64,000 nt of DNA from an uncultured cyanobacterium (GTDB lineage Bacteria; Cyanobacteriota; Cyanobacteriia; PCC-6307; Cyanobiaceae): positions 96,001 to 160,000 of the forward strand of contig CAVONQ010000014.1 in assembly GCA_963697335.1 (NCBI GenBank), read 5' to 3'. Of the stretch, positions 1-9,772 are shown one piece after another (within the stretch, counting starts at the first letter, position 1; the number at the start of each line of letters is the position of its first letter). The translations under genes were made by a program, and so were the position numbers. Below the pieces are notes generated by a model, which did no database searches, was not told the origin of the DNA, and worked only from the letters and a program-made list of their open reading frames with translations.

Positions 1-317
1 CCCACGGCATCCCCATGGCCCATGGCATGGACCACCAGAAGCTGGCCGTGGACTCGGGCCGCTGGCTCCTCTACCGCCACGACCCCCGCCGCGCCGAGCG
101 GGGAGAGAACCCGCTGCAGCTCGACAGTCCAGCGCCGCAGCGCTCCCTGCGGGAGGCGATGGCCGCCGAACAGCGCTTCGAGGTGCTCCGCTACAGCCGG
201 CCCGAGCGGGCCCGCGAGCTCCTGAATCAGGCCGAGGCCGAGCGGGCCCGCCGCTGGGCCAGCTACTGCGCCCTGGCCCAACCCTGGAGTGGCCAGAGCA
301 GCCCCAGCCGGCCATGA
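1..317 (+). CDS. nifJ: pyruvate:ferredoxin (flavodoxin) oxidoreductase, C-terminal fragment (5' part outside window)
   Basis: HGIPMAHGMDHQKLAVDSGRWLLYRHDPRR..GENPLQLDS matches the PFOR C-terminus; stop overlaps next ATG (ATGA). Confidence 0.85.
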   Translation, partial: HGIPMAHGMDHQKLAVDSGRWLLYRHDPRRAERGENPLQLDSPAPQRSLREAMAAEQRFEVLRYSRPERARELLNQAEAERARRWASYCALAQPWSGQSSPSRP

Positions 318-1348
318 CCGGGCCCGACCTCGCCACCACCTACCTCGGCCTGCCCCTGCGCACGCCCCTGGTGGTGGGTGCTGCCGGTCCGCTCAGCGAG
401 AGCATCGAGGCGCTGCAGGAGCTGGAGCGCTGCGGTGCGGCGGCCATCGTGCTGCACTCGCTGTTCGAGGAGCAGATCGAGCAGGAGCAGCTGGCCCTGC
501 ACCGCTATGGCCAGCAGGGTGCCGAGAGCTACGGCGAGGCCCTCAGCTACCTGCCGGAGGCGGCGCTGGAGCACGGCGGAGCCGACGCCTACCTGCGCCT
601 GATCGAGCAGGCCCGCCGCCGCCTGGCCATCCCGGTGATCGCCAGCCTCAATGGCCGCAGCCCTGGCCGCTGGGTGGAGACCGCTCGCCGCATCGAGGCG
701 GCCGGCGCCGCGGCCCTGGAGCTGAACATCTACGCCGTTCCCACCGATCCGGATCTCTCCAGCGCCGCGATCGAAGCCCAGGTGGAGGAGATCGTGCGGG
801 AGGTGCGCGCCGAGGTGACCCTGCCGGTGGCCGTGAAGCTGGGGCCGTTCTTCAGCAACTTCGGGGCGATGGCCCGGCGTGTGGAGGGCTCGGGTGCCCA
901 GGGCCTGGTGCTGTTCAACCGCTTCTACCAGCCCGACATCGACATCGAATCGATGACCGTGCGTCCCAACCTGCTGCTCAGCACCCCCCACGACCTGCGC
1001 CTGCCGCTGCGCTGGATCGCCCTGCTGCACGGCCGCGTGGGCCTGGACCTGATCGGCAGCGGTGGCGTCCACCGGGGCACCGATGTGGTGCGCCTGCTGA
1101 TGGCCGGTGCCGCCGCCACCCAGGTGGTGGCTGCCCTGCTGCGCCATGGCCCCGTCCGCCTGCAGGGGCTGGAGGATGAACTCGCCACCTGGATGCGCGA
1201 CCACGAGGTGGCGAGCGTGGCCGGCCTGATCGGCTGTATGAGCCAGGCCCAGTGCCCCAATCCCGAGGAGTACGAGCGGGCCCAGTACATGCAGGCCATC
1301 CACAGCTACAGACCGGGCGGCACGGCCACGGCCAGGGGCCCCTGGTGA
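314..1348 (+). CDS. dihydroorotate dehydrogenase-like flavoprotein
   Basis: DLATTYLGLPLRTP, SLFEEQI, ALELNIY, VKLGPFF, LFNRFYQPDID motifs; usual partner downstream of nifJ. Confidence 0.9.
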   Translation: MTGPDLATTYLGLPLRTPLVVGAAGPLSESIEALQELERCGAAAIVLHSLFEEQIEQEQLALHRYGQQGAESYGEALSYLPEAALEHGGADAYLRLIEQARRRLAIPVIASLNGRSPGRWVETARRIEAAGAAALELNIYAVPTDPDLSSAAIEAQVEEIVREVRAEVTLPVAVKLGPFFSNFGAMARRVEGSGAQGLVLFNRFYQPDIDIESMTVRPNLLLSTPHDLRLPLRWIALLHGRVGLDLIGSGGVHRGTDVVRLLMAGAAATQVVAALLRHGPVRLQGLEDELATWMRDHEVASVAGLIGCMSQAQCPNPEEYERAQYMQAIHSYRPGGTATARGPW

Positions 1349-2439
1349 GCAGGACCGGGGAGGTCACCGCGCTGGCCGCCAGGCTGCGGGCCACGGCCAC
1401 CCGTCCCTGGACGTTGATGGAGGTGTGCGGCGGCCAGACCCACGCGATCGTGCGCTGGGGCCTCGATCAGCTGTTGCCCGATGGGCTGCGGCTGATCCAC
1501 GGGCCGGGCTGTCCGGTGTGCGTCACCCCCGCCGCCAGCATCAACCAGGCCCTGGCCCTGGCCCGTCGCCCGGAGGTGATCCTCTGCGCCTACGGCGACA
1601 TGCTGCGGGTGCCGGGGAGTGAGCCGGGCGACGACCTGCTCCGGGTGCGGGCCGCGGGGGGGGACGTGCGCCTGCTCACCTCGCCCCTGCAGGCGATCGA
1701 GCTGGCCCAGGCCCACCCCGCCCACCAGGTGGTGTTCCTGGCCGTGGGCTTCGAGACCACCGCTCCGGCCACGGCGTTGTTGGCTCAGCAGGCGGCCCAG
1801 CTGGGTCTGGCCAACCTGTCGTTGCTGATGGCGCACGTGCGGGTGGTGCCGGCCATGGCGGCGATCCTGGCGGCGCCCGGCAACCAGGTGCAGGGCTTCC
1901 TGGCGGCCGGCCATGTGAGCACGGTGATGGGCCTGGAGGAACTGCGGCCCCTGGTGGAGCGGCATCAGGTGCCCGTGGTGGTGAGCGGCTTCGAGCCCGA
2001 GCAGCTGCTGCGCGGCGTGCTGCGCTGCGTGGAACTGCTGGAGGCCGGCAGGCCCGCCGTGCTGAACGCCTACCCACAGGTGGTGCGGGAGGGGGGCAAC
2101 CCCGGGGCCAGGGCCCTGCTGGAGGAGGTGTTCCAGGTGGTGGACCAGCCCTGGCGGGGGCTGGGGGTGATCGCGGCCGGGGGCCTGGCCCTGCGGCCCG
2201 AACTGGCCTGGCTCGATGCCCTCAGACGGTTCGATCTGGCGGAAACGGGCCGGGCCGAGGGGCCGGGAGCCCAGGAGTGCATTGCCGCCCAGGTGCTGCA
2301 GGGGCGGGCGCTGCCCAGCGACTGCGCCGCGTTCGGCAGCCGCTGCCGGCCCGAACACCCGCTGGGGGCGCCGATGGTGTCGAGCGAGGGGGCCTGCGCG
2401 GCCTACCACCGCTACCGGGCGGTTCCATGCAGGAGCTGA
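1345..2439 (+). CDS. hypD: hydrogenase maturation protein HypD
   Basis: MEVCGGQTHAI, HGPGCPVCVTP, GFETTAP, PLGAPMVSSEGACAAY; GTG start overlapping upstream TGA. Confidence 0.95.
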   Translation: MSRTGEVTALAARLRATATRPWTLMEVCGGQTHAIVRWGLDQLLPDGLRLIHGPGCPVCVTPAASINQALALARRPEVILCAYGDMLRVPGSEPGDDLLRVRAAGGDVRLLTSPLQAIELAQAHPAHQVVFLAVGFETTAPATALLAQQAAQLGLANLSLLMAHVRVVPAMAAILAAPGNQVQGFLAAGHVSTVMGLEELRPLVERHQVPVVVSGFEPEQLLRGVLRCVELLEAGRPAVLNAYPQVVREGGNPGARALLEEVFQVVDQPWRGLGVIAAGGLALRPELAWLDALRRFDLAETGRAEGPGAQECIAAQVLQGRALPSDCAAFGSRCRPEHPLGAPMVSSEGACAAYHRYRAVPCRS

Positions 2440-3449
2440 TCCAGCTGGCCCATGGCGGCGGCGGCACCCTGATGCAGCAGCTGATCGAGCGGGACCTGCG
2501 GCCCCTCTACGCCGACCCCGCCCAGGTGCTCCACGATGCCGCCAGCCTGGCGCTGCCCCATGGCCGGCTTGCCTTCAGCACCGACGGCTATGTGGTGCAG
2601 CCCCTGGAGTTTCCCGGAGGTGACATCGGTCGGCTGGCCGTGATCGGCACTGCCAATGACCTGGCCATGGCCGGAGCGCGCCCCCTGCACCTGAGTGTGG
2701 GCCTGATCCTGGAGGAGGGCCTGCCGCTGGCCCTGCTGCGCCGGGTGGTGGCCTCCATGGCCGCGGCCGCCAGGCTGTGCGGGGTGACCATCGTGACCGG
2801 TGACACCAAGGTGGTGGAGCGCGGCAAGGGCGATGGCCTGTTCATCACCACCAGCGGCATCGGCCTGCAGAGCCTGGGGGGAGCGCAGCCGGAAGCGCCC
2901 GATGGCCTGGCGATCCAGCCCACCGCAATCCGGCCGGGCGACCAGCTGCTGGTGAGCGGCGATCTGGGCCGCCATGGCGTGGCGATCCTCGCCGCCCGCC
3001 ACGGACTGCAGCTGGATCCGCCGGTTCTTTCTGACTGCGCTCCCCTCTGGCCCCCGGTGGAGCGGTTGCTGGCCGCCGGCCTGCGGCTCCACTGCCTGCG
3101 GGACCTCACCCGCGGCGGCCTGGCCAGCGCCCTGCAGGAGCTGGCCGAGGCGGCGGGGGTGGAGATGGCGATCGAGGAACCTCAGCTGCCGGTGATCGAG
3201 CCCGTGGCCCGCACCTGCGCCCTGCTGGGTTTCGAACCGCTGCATCTGGCCAACGAGGGCCGTTTCGTGGCGGTGGTGCCCCCGGAACACAGCGCCCAGG
3301 CCCTCGCCTTGTTGGAGCCCGATGGGGGGGCCTGGATCGGTGAGGTGCGGCCCGCCTCGGGCCGGCCGCGGGTGGTGCTGACCACGGCCCTGGGCACCGA
3401 ACGGCTGCTCCTGCCCCTCAGCGGGGACCTGCTGCCGAGGATCTGCTGA
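2427..3449 (+). CDS. hypE: hydrogenase maturation protein HypE
   Basis: IQLAHGGGG, FSTDGYVV.PL.FPGGDIG, TGDTKVV, RDLTRGG, C-terminal LPRIC. Confidence 0.95.
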   Translation: MQELIQLAHGGGGTLMQQLIERDLRPLYADPAQVLHDAASLALPHGRLAFSTDGYVVQPLEFPGGDIGRLAVIGTANDLAMAGARPLHLSVGLILEEGLPLALLRRVVASMAAAARLCGVTIVTGDTKVVERGKGDGLFITTSGIGLQSLGGAQPEAPDGLAIQPTAIRPGDQLLVSGDLGRHGVAILAARHGLQLDPPVLSDCAPLWPPVERLLAAGLRLHCLRDLTRGGLASALQELAEAAGVEMAIEEPQLPVIEPVARTCALLGFEPLHLANEGRFVAVVPPEHSAQALALLEPDGGAWIGEVRPASGRPRVVLTTALGTERLLLPLSGDLLPRIC

Positions 3450-3945
3450 GCGGCGCCCGTTGCCACAGGGCCAGTCCACCGCCCCGGCCCCGGGCCACCA
3501 GCCAGGCCCCATCGCCCTGGCGCCCCGTGGCGATCAGGGCGAAGAACGGCAGCGCCCGCGGCTCGGGGCGCTGCAGCGCCTTTTGCAGCAGCACTCGCTC
3601 CCCCCAGAGCAGTTGCAGGCGCTCGAACCAGAACACCAGCAGCGGCCGCCGCCCCCGCAGGGTGCCGGCGCCGTCAAAGCGGAGCTGCAGCCGGCCCAGC
3701 TGCACGCTGTTGGTCACGGCCACTGCGCCGTCGCTGCTGGGATGGAGCTCCAGGGTGGCGGCCAGGGGGCGCAGCAGGGCCGCGGCCGCCAGCGGCCTGG
3801 CCTGCTGCCGGCTCCAGAGCTGGCTCAGCAGCCAGGCCCCCTCCAGGTCAGTGGCGGTGAGGCCGGAGCCCTGGCTGCGGCTGCACCGCTCCAGCTCCAG
3901 GATCGCGGGGCCGTCGGGAGTGCTCACAGCCAGCGGGGGCACCAT
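3418..3945 (-). CDS. hypothetical protein (possibly fibrillin/PAP-like)
   Basis: LEGAWLL, NSVQLG.L.L.F.G, PFFALIA, WLVARGRGGGLALW resemble a conserved picocyanobacterial protein. Confidence 0.55.
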   Translation of the reverse strand: MVPPLAVSTPDGPAILELERCSRSQGSGLTATDLEGAWLLSQLWSRQQARPLAAAALLRPLAATLELHPSSDGAVAVTNSVQLGRLQLRFDGAGTLRGRRPLLVFWFERLQLLWGERVLLQKALQRPEPRALPFFALIATGRQGDGAWLVARGRGGGLALWQRAPLSRSSAAGPR

Positions 3946-4048
3946 GCTTCACACCGCGCAATCAATCCATGGGTATCCCTGCTCAATCTGCTTGCTTCCT
4001 GGACGCGCTGTTCATACGGTTCATGCACGTTCCCTCACACAAGACGCC

Positions 4049-4231
4049 ATGACAGCCTCCCACATCCACACCTCCTTCGCCCCTCGCAGTGGTGAACATC
4101 CCACCACCGCAGGATTCCCTGCTGCCGATCATGACCCGGTAGAAGCCTACTTCGAGTGCATCACCAGTTGCTCGGTTGACGACGGCGAGTGCGTGACCAC
4201 CTGCACCGAGATCCTGCGCGAACACAACTGA
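4049..4231 (+). CDS. 60-aa protein with Cx3Cx6Cx3C motif
   Basis: ATG 4049; MTASHIH...DPVEAYFECITSCSVDDGECVTTCTEILREHN. Confidence 0.7.
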   Translation: MTASHIHTSFAPRSGEHPTTAGFPAADHDPVEAYFECITSCSVDDGECVTTCTEILREHN

Positions 4232-4338
4232 AATACATGCCTCAACCGATCAGTCGGGGAGCGGTTGATTAACTCAACCGATCAAGGCAATCGACTGATC
4301 AAGCAGATAAGGTTACAAACAGAATTCGGGATTGACGC

Positions 4339-5193
4339 TTGGCTCTCACGCAGCACTCGGAGCCCTTTTCCCACTGGGCGTTCACCGATGCCTCCGGCGC
4401 GGAGCGGCTGCAGGTGGTGCCGGAGCGCGGCGGGCTGGTCACGGGCTGGCGCAGCCTGGGCCACGACTGGCTCTATTTCGACGCCGAGCGCTTCACCGAT
4501 CCCTCCTGTTCGGTGCGAGGCGGCATCCCGGTGCTGTTTCCGATCTGTGGCGGGCTGCCCGGGGATGCGGTCCGGCTGCCCCAGGGGTTGGTGCAGCTGA
4601 GCCAGCACGGCTTTGCCCGCGACCGCCCCTGGCAGCTGGCCGAGCGCGCCGATGGCCAGGGGGTGAGCCTCAGCCTGGAGCACGACGCCACCACCCTGGA
4701 GGTCTTCCCCTTCCGCTTCCGGCTCCAGCTCGACTACCGCCTCGCCCCCGGGTTGCTGGAGATCACGGCCCGGGTGGAGAACCTGGGTAACGAGCCGATG
4801 CCGTTCAGCCTCGGGCTGCATCCCTACTGGGCTGTCTCCAGCCTGGCGGATGTTCGCCTTGAGGGCCTGCCCCAGCAGGGTTTTGACCATCTCACCATGG
4901 CTGAGGCGCCCACTGCCGCGGCCCTGGCCGGGCTGGAGCAGGGAGTGGATCTGCTGGTACGGCCCAACGGGCCGGTGAGTCTGGTGGACGGGGTTACTGG
5001 CTACAGGGTGAGCCTGGAGCCCCAGGCACCCTGGGATCTGGCCGTGATCTGGAGCGATCCGCCCCGGCCGATGCTCTGCCTGGAGCCCTGGACAGGCCCA
5101 CGCCTGTCCCTGATCAGCGGCGATCGGCTGTTGCACGTGCCCCCCGCCGATGGCCTGAGCCTGGAGTGCCGCTACGTGGTGGCGTTGTCCTGA
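4339..5193 (+). CDS. aldose 1-epimerase / galactose mutarotase family
   Basis: VPERGGLV, VRGGIPVLFPICG, QHGFARD, GLHPY, CLEPWT. Confidence 0.9.
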   Translation: MALTQHSEPFSHWAFTDASGAERLQVVPERGGLVTGWRSLGHDWLYFDAERFTDPSCSVRGGIPVLFPICGGLPGDAVRLPQGLVQLSQHGFARDRPWQLAERADGQGVSLSLEHDATTLEVFPFRFRLQLDYRLAPGLLEITARVENLGNEPMPFSLGLHPYWAVSSLADVRLEGLPQQGFDHLTMAEAPTAAALAGLEQGVDLLVRPNGPVSLVDGVTGYRVSLEPQAPWDLAVIWSDPPRPMLCLEPWTGPRLSLISGDRLLHVPPADGLSLECRYVVALS

Positions 5194-6965
5194 GGGCTCC
5201 ACGGCGGCGGCAGGGTGCTGGGGTTGCCGTTGCGCATGGCGTGGTAACCAGGCGAGAGAATTTCGATCTTGGCGTCGGCGAACTGGTCCTGAATGGCGCC
5301 CAGCAGGGCGGAGAGGGTTTCGCGGTATTTCTTGGAATCGCGGATGCTGGCCGTGAGTTCGTAGCTGATGTTGAAGTCGTTGAGGCTGGTCTGCAGCACG
5401 AAGGGTTCGTCTTCACGGCTGATGCCCTCCACGCTTTTGGCGGCAGAGATCATCAGCTCGTGCACCTGGCGCCAGGGCACGTCATAGCCGATGGTCACCG
5501 TGGTGCAGATCGCCACCGGCTTGCGGATCTCACGCCTGGAGAAGCTGTAGTTCACCACCGATGAGGTGATCACGGCAGCATTGGGGATGCTCACCAGTTC
5601 ATTGCGGGGGGTGCGGATGCGGGTCACCAGCAGGGCCCGCTCCTGCACCAGCCCGATCACGCCGTTGATCTCCACCCGATCACCCTCCAGGAAGGCCCGG
5701 GTGTAGATCAGCATCAGGCCGCTGATCACGTTCGTGGCCACGGCGCTGGAGCCGAGGGCAGCCAGCACACCGAACAGCAGGCCTGCCCCCTGAAAGGCCC
5801 GGCTGTCGGAGCCCGGGATGTAAGGGAAGGCGAACAACAGGCCCGCCAGCACGATGAAGGTGTTGGCGATCCGGCAAGTGGGAATCGCCCACTCGCGGTA
5901 GAACCAGGAGATCTTCAGCCGGCCGCGCCGCAGGGCCCCGAACAGGAAGTTGCTGAGGCGAACCATCAGCGCAGTGCATAACCCGATGAACCCGATCCAG
6001 AGGAGGTTGGGCACCAGGCTGAGCACAGCGTCCACCACCTGCATGAACCAGGTCAGCAGCTGGCCCCGCAGGCCCGCGGCCATGGCCTGGGTGGGTGGGA
6101 AGAAGCCGAGCAGCAGGGGAATCAGCAGCCAGCTGATCAGCAGCAGCAGCCCCCAATGCACCGTGTTGAGCAGCAGCCGCGAGAGCCCGATCGTCTGGGC
6201 GGGGCTCACCAGGGTCTGGTCCCCCAGCTTCAACCTGGGCGCCAGCTCCACGCTGCGCCGACTCAGCCACAGCAGCAGGCGCCTGTGCAACCGCTGCTGC
6301 CAGCGCACCCACACCACATACACCGCCAGCACCAGCACCGCCAGCAAGGTGCCGACAATCCAGGACTGCCGGCTGTTGCGCGCGCGGTAGTCACGCACGG
6401 CGGCGCGGAGCTGGTCGCGGTAGCGCTCGGCCAAGGCCTGCCGGCTGACACCCGCCTCCTTGGCGGCTCGGTCATCCACGGCCAGGCCAGGCAGGAACTT
6501 GCGGTCGAGGGTGAGCAGTCCCACCGTGGCGTAGGGATCCTGATCCTGGACAACGATCTGATCGGCCCGGAAACTCGGATTGCGCACCAGGCGCTCGAGG
6601 TGCCCGGTGATGCGTCGGGCCACGTCCTTGGGGTTCTGAGCGCCGGCGGCACTCTTGATCTCGATCACCTTGCGGCCATCCAGCATCACCCAGGCGCCTG
6701 GATCCTCGGCAGGAGCCTTGGCGGGGGCCTTGCCGTCAGGCTTGGTGGTGTTCTGCTGCGCCTTGGCGGTGGATGGTTGACTGGCCAGGGTCTGCTGGGC
6801 GGCCAGCGTTGGCGACGGCACCAGAGGATGTTGCCACTCAGTCGGCTGAGCCAGAGACACCAGGTTGATCGGCCCGGCCGCCAGGGCCACGGCCACGATC
6901 AAGGGGCTCAGCCAGCGCCAGGTTGGCCCCGGCTGTTTCAAGCTGAACCAGCGGCGCATGGCCAA
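5172..6965 (-). CDS. MscS-family mechanosensitive channel with large N-terminal periplasmic domain
   Basis: several TM helices; NVISGLMLIYTRAF.EGDRVEI, LVTRIRT.RNELVSIPN, TIGYDVPWRQV. Confidence 0.9.
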   Translation of the reverse strand: MAMRRWFSLKQPGPTWRWLSPLIVAVALAAGPINLVSLAQPTEWQHPLVPSPTLAAQQTLASQPSTAKAQQNTTKPDGKAPAKAPAEDPGAWVMLDGRKVIEIKSAAGAQNPKDVARRITGHLERLVRNPSFRADQIVVQDQDPYATVGLLTLDRKFLPGLAVDDRAAKEAGVSRQALAERYRDQLRAAVRDYRARNSRQSWIVGTLLAVLVLAVYVVWVRWQQRLHRRLLLWLSRRSVELAPRLKLGDQTLVSPAQTIGLSRLLLNTVHWGLLLLISWLLIPLLLGFFPPTQAMAAGLRGQLLTWFMQVVDAVLSLVPNLLWIGFIGLCTALMVRLSNFLFGALRRGRLKISWFYREWAIPTCRIANTFIVLAGLLFAFPYIPGSDSRAFQGAGLLFGVLAALGSSAVATNVISGLMLIYTRAFLEGDRVEINGVIGLVQERALLVTRIRTPRNELVSIPNAAVITSSVVNYSFSRREIRKPVAICTTVTIGYDVPWRQVHELMISAAKSVEGISREDEPFVLQTSLNDFNISYELTASIRDSKKYRETLSALLGAIQDQFADAKIEILSPGYHAMRNGNPSTLPPPWSPQDNATT

Positions 6966-7025
6966 GGTGCTCGGTGGCTCAGGGCCCAGGTCGATGCCCC
7001 ATTATCTGGGCGGATCGACGCCGCT

Positions 7026-9299
7026 TCAAGGCGCCCCGAGCCGCCAGCGGTGGAACCGCTCCAACCAGCCCAGCAGCCGCTGGGGCGCCCGGGCCTTCTT
7101 CCAGGCCCCGGCGGCGTACTTGTTCACCTCAGTGAAGGTGGGGTAGGCGTGAACCGTGCCGAAGATCCGGCTCAGCCCCAGCCCCCAGCGCATCGCCAGC
7201 ACAAACTCCGCCAGCAGCTCGCCGGCATGCTCCGCCACGATCGTGGCCCCCAGGATCGTGTCCTTGCCGGGGGCTGTGAGCACCTTCACGAAGCCCCGCT
7301 CGGCGCTCTCCACGATGGCCCGGTCGAGTTCGTGCAGGGGCACCCGGGTCACCTCCACAGGGATCTGCAGGGCCGAGGCCTCCTCTTCCGTGAGTCCCAC
7401 CGTGGCCACTTCCGGATCGGTGAAGGTGGTGCGGGGGATCACCCGGTAGTCGGTCTTGAAGCGCCTCACGCTGCCGAACAGGGCATTCACCGCGGCATAC
7501 CAGGCCTGATGGGAGGCGGTGTGGGTGAACTGGAAGGGGCCTGCCACATCGCCGGCGGCATAGATGTTGGGGTAGAGGGTCTGGAGGTAGTCGTTGGTGG
7601 TGATCGTGTCACCGGTGGGGATGGCCAGCTCTTCGAGGCCGTAGCCCTCCAGCCGGGCCTTGCGGCCCAGGGCGCAGAGCACGGCATCACAGGCGATCAT
7701 GCTGCTGGCGCCCTCGTGCTCCACCAGCACCTGGGCAGCGGCGTCGGCGTTCTCCGTCGTCGCTGACCCGGTGGGCGCGGTCTCGCCGAGCGAAGCAGCG
7801 GCAAAGCCCAGAACCCTGGTCTGCAGCAGCAGCTGCACGCCGTCTGCTTCCAGGGCGCTGCGCACCGCCTCGGCGACATCGGCATCTTCCTTACGCAGCA
7901 GCCGTTCGCCGCGGTGGATCAGGGTCACGGGCAGGCCCAGCTGGGCCAGGGCCTGGGAGAGCTCGCAGCCGATCGGTCCGCCGCCCAGCACCACCAGACG
8001 CGGCCGCTCCAGGGGACACTCGCGCAGCCAGGTCCAGAGGGTTTCGCTGCTGAGCAGCGGCACCTGGGAGGCCCCCGGCAGGTCGGGCAGCACCGGCGCG
8101 GCGCCGGTGGCCAACACGATCGAGCGGCCGCTGAGCCGCTGCTCCTGGCCGTCCCGGCTGCGGATCGCCACGGTCCAGGGATCCACCAGGCGGGCATGGC
8201 CCTTCAACACTTCCACCCCCAGGGCCTCGTAGCGCTCCACGCTGTCGTGGGGAGCCACGGCGGCCACCTTGGCCGCTACCCGCTCCAGCACCTCCCGCAC
8301 CGAGAGGCTGGGTTCCGCCGGCCTGAGGCCATAGCGATCAGCCCGGCGCATGCGGGCCGCCAGCCGGGCTGAGGCGATCAGGGCCTTGCTGGGCACGCAG
8401 CCGGTGTTGAGACAGTCGCCACCCATCGCCTCCGCCTCAATCAGGGTGACGCGGGCTTTCACCGTGGCGGCGATGTAGGCCGTCACCAGCCCGGCGGCGC
8501 CGGCCCCGATCACGATCAGGTTGCGATCGAAGCGGCGCGGCCGGTTCCAGGGGCGGTAGAGCCGCCAGATGGCCAGGCGGGCCGTGGCGGCGCGGGCCAG
8601 CCAGGGGAACAGGGCCAGCAGGGCGAAGGAGAGCAGCAGGGACGGCGAGAGGATGCCGCCGAGGCCGCGCAGCTGGGCCAGCTGGGTGCCGGCGTTCACG
8701 TACACCAGGGTGCCCGGCAGCATGCCCAGCTGGCTGGTGAGGTAGTAGGCCCCGGCCCGCATGGGGGTGAGCGCCATCAGCAGGTTCACCAGGAAAAAGG
8801 GGAACACCGGCGCCAGCCGCAGGGTGAGCAGGTAGAGCACCCCGTCGCGCCGCACCCCCGCTTCGATCGGCGCGAGTTGGCGCCCGAAGCGCCGCTGCAC
8901 CAGATCGCGCAGCAGGGTGCGGGCCAGCAGGAAGGCCAGCAGGGCGCCGGCACTGGAGGCGAACGACACCAGCAGCGTGCCGAGGCCCAGGCCGAACAGG
9001 GCGCCACCGGCCAGGGTGAGCACCGCCGCCCCCGGCAGGGAGAGGGCCGTGACCACCACATACACGGCCATGTAGGTGAGGGCGCTCTGCAGGGGCGCCT
9101 CCTGACGCCAGGCCTGCAGGGAACCCTGGGCCTGCTGCAGGGCCTCCAGCGTCAGAAAGCGCTGCAGGCCAAACCCGAAGAACAGGGCCACCACCAGGGC
9201 GATGGCGGCCAGCAGGGAGAGCTTGCGCCAGCGGCCGCCGGACTGCTCCGGCTCAGGGGTGTCGTCGCCGGCGGTGGAACCTTCAGAAGAGGGGGTCAT
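7026..9299 (-). CDS. VTT/TVP38 membrane domain fused to pyridine nucleotide-disulfide oxidoreductase (MerA/Lpd-like)
   Basis: LSLPGA.VLTLAGG and LRLAPVFPFFLVN (VTT); IGAGAAG, GGDCLNTGCVPSK, YAAGDV, HAYPT. Confidence 0.9.
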   Translation of the reverse strand: MTPSSEGSTAGDDTPEPEQSGGRWRKLSLLAAIALVVALFFGFGLQRFLTLEALQQAQGSLQAWRQEAPLQSALTYMAVYVVVTALSLPGAAVLTLAGGALFGLGLGTLLVSFASSAGALLAFLLARTLLRDLVQRRFGRQLAPIEAGVRRDGVLYLLTLRLAPVFPFFLVNLLMALTPMRAGAYYLTSQLGMLPGTLVYVNAGTQLAQLRGLGGILSPSLLLSFALLALFPWLARAATARLAIWRLYRPWNRPRRFDRNLIVIGAGAAGLVTAYIAATVKARVTLIEAEAMGGDCLNTGCVPSKALIASARLAARMRRADRYGLRPAEPSLSVREVLERVAAKVAAVAPHDSVERYEALGVEVLKGHARLVDPWTVAIRSRDGQEQRLSGRSIVLATGAAPVLPDLPGASQVPLLSSETLWTWLRECPLERPRLVVLGGGPIGCELSQALAQLGLPVTLIHRGERLLRKEDADVAEAVRSALEADGVQLLLQTRVLGFAAASLGETAPTGSATTENADAAAQVLVEHEGASSMIACDAVLCALGRKARLEGYGLEELAIPTGDTITTNDYLQTLYPNIYAAGDVAGPFQFTHTASHQAWYAAVNALFGSVRRFKTDYRVIPRTTFTDPEVATVGLTEEEASALQIPVEVTRVPLHELDRAIVESAERGFVKVLTAPGKDTILGATIVAEHAGELLAEFVLAMRWGLGLSRIFGTVHAYPTFTEVNKYAAGAWKKARAPQRLLGWLERFHRWRLGAP

Positions 9300-9375
9300 G
9301 GGAGCGGACGGTCTTCCTCCCTACCTTCGGGGCACAGGAGCGGATTCGGGGGCTGTTGGCTCCCCTGAGCTCTGC

Positions 9376-9669
9376 TCAGAGGCGCACCCGGGTCACCTCC
9401 GCCTGAATGGGTCGGCGCTGGGTGCTGATGTCGATCGGGCTGCGGGTGAAGATCTCCACCCGGATGCCCAGCCGCGCCACCACCACCACGGCCCGGGCCA
9501 GCAGGGCGGCGATCCCCAGCGCTGCCCCCGGCCAGAGCAGGGCCCGCAGGGGCAGGCAGGAGCTCACCGGCGCGAAACCGGCCCCCGCCAGCAGATGGTT
9601 GAGCAGCAGGCCCAGGACGACACCGCCAACCAGTAAGGCGAGCGATCGGGGTTGGAGGAGAGCAGGCAT
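9376..9669 (-). CDS. small hypothetical membrane protein
   Basis: 97-aa ORF with two hydrophobic segments filling the gap between co-oriented genes. Confidence 0.5.
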   Translation of the reverse strand: MPALLQPRSLALLVGGVVLGLLLNHLLAGAGFAPVSSCLPLRALLWPGAALGIAALLARAVVVVARLGIRVEIFTRSPIDISTQRRPIQAEVTRVRL

Positions 9670-9772
9670 CAGACCAAGAGCCCCAGGCGGCTGCGAAGAA
9701 CAGACCCCCTCAACCTATGGGTGCGGCAGTGCCTCGAGACTGGGGGCCAGCAAGAGGAGCTGCGGGCAATCC

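Noticed and set aside
263..3512. Long minus-strand ORFs opposite the DHOD-like gene, hypD and hypE (and similar ones elsewhere, e.g. 38683..40374, 33665..35035, 11782..13110)
   Set aside because: Antisense shadows of high-GC3 genes; no recognisable motifs
4264..4285. FNR/CRP-like box (TTGAT..TCAA)
   Set aside because: Spacing and right half-site do not match TTGAT-N4-ATCAA
7026..9299. Mercuric reductase merA call
   Set aside because: No C-terminal Cys-Cys pair or mer operon; matches the known VTT-flavoprotein fusion instead
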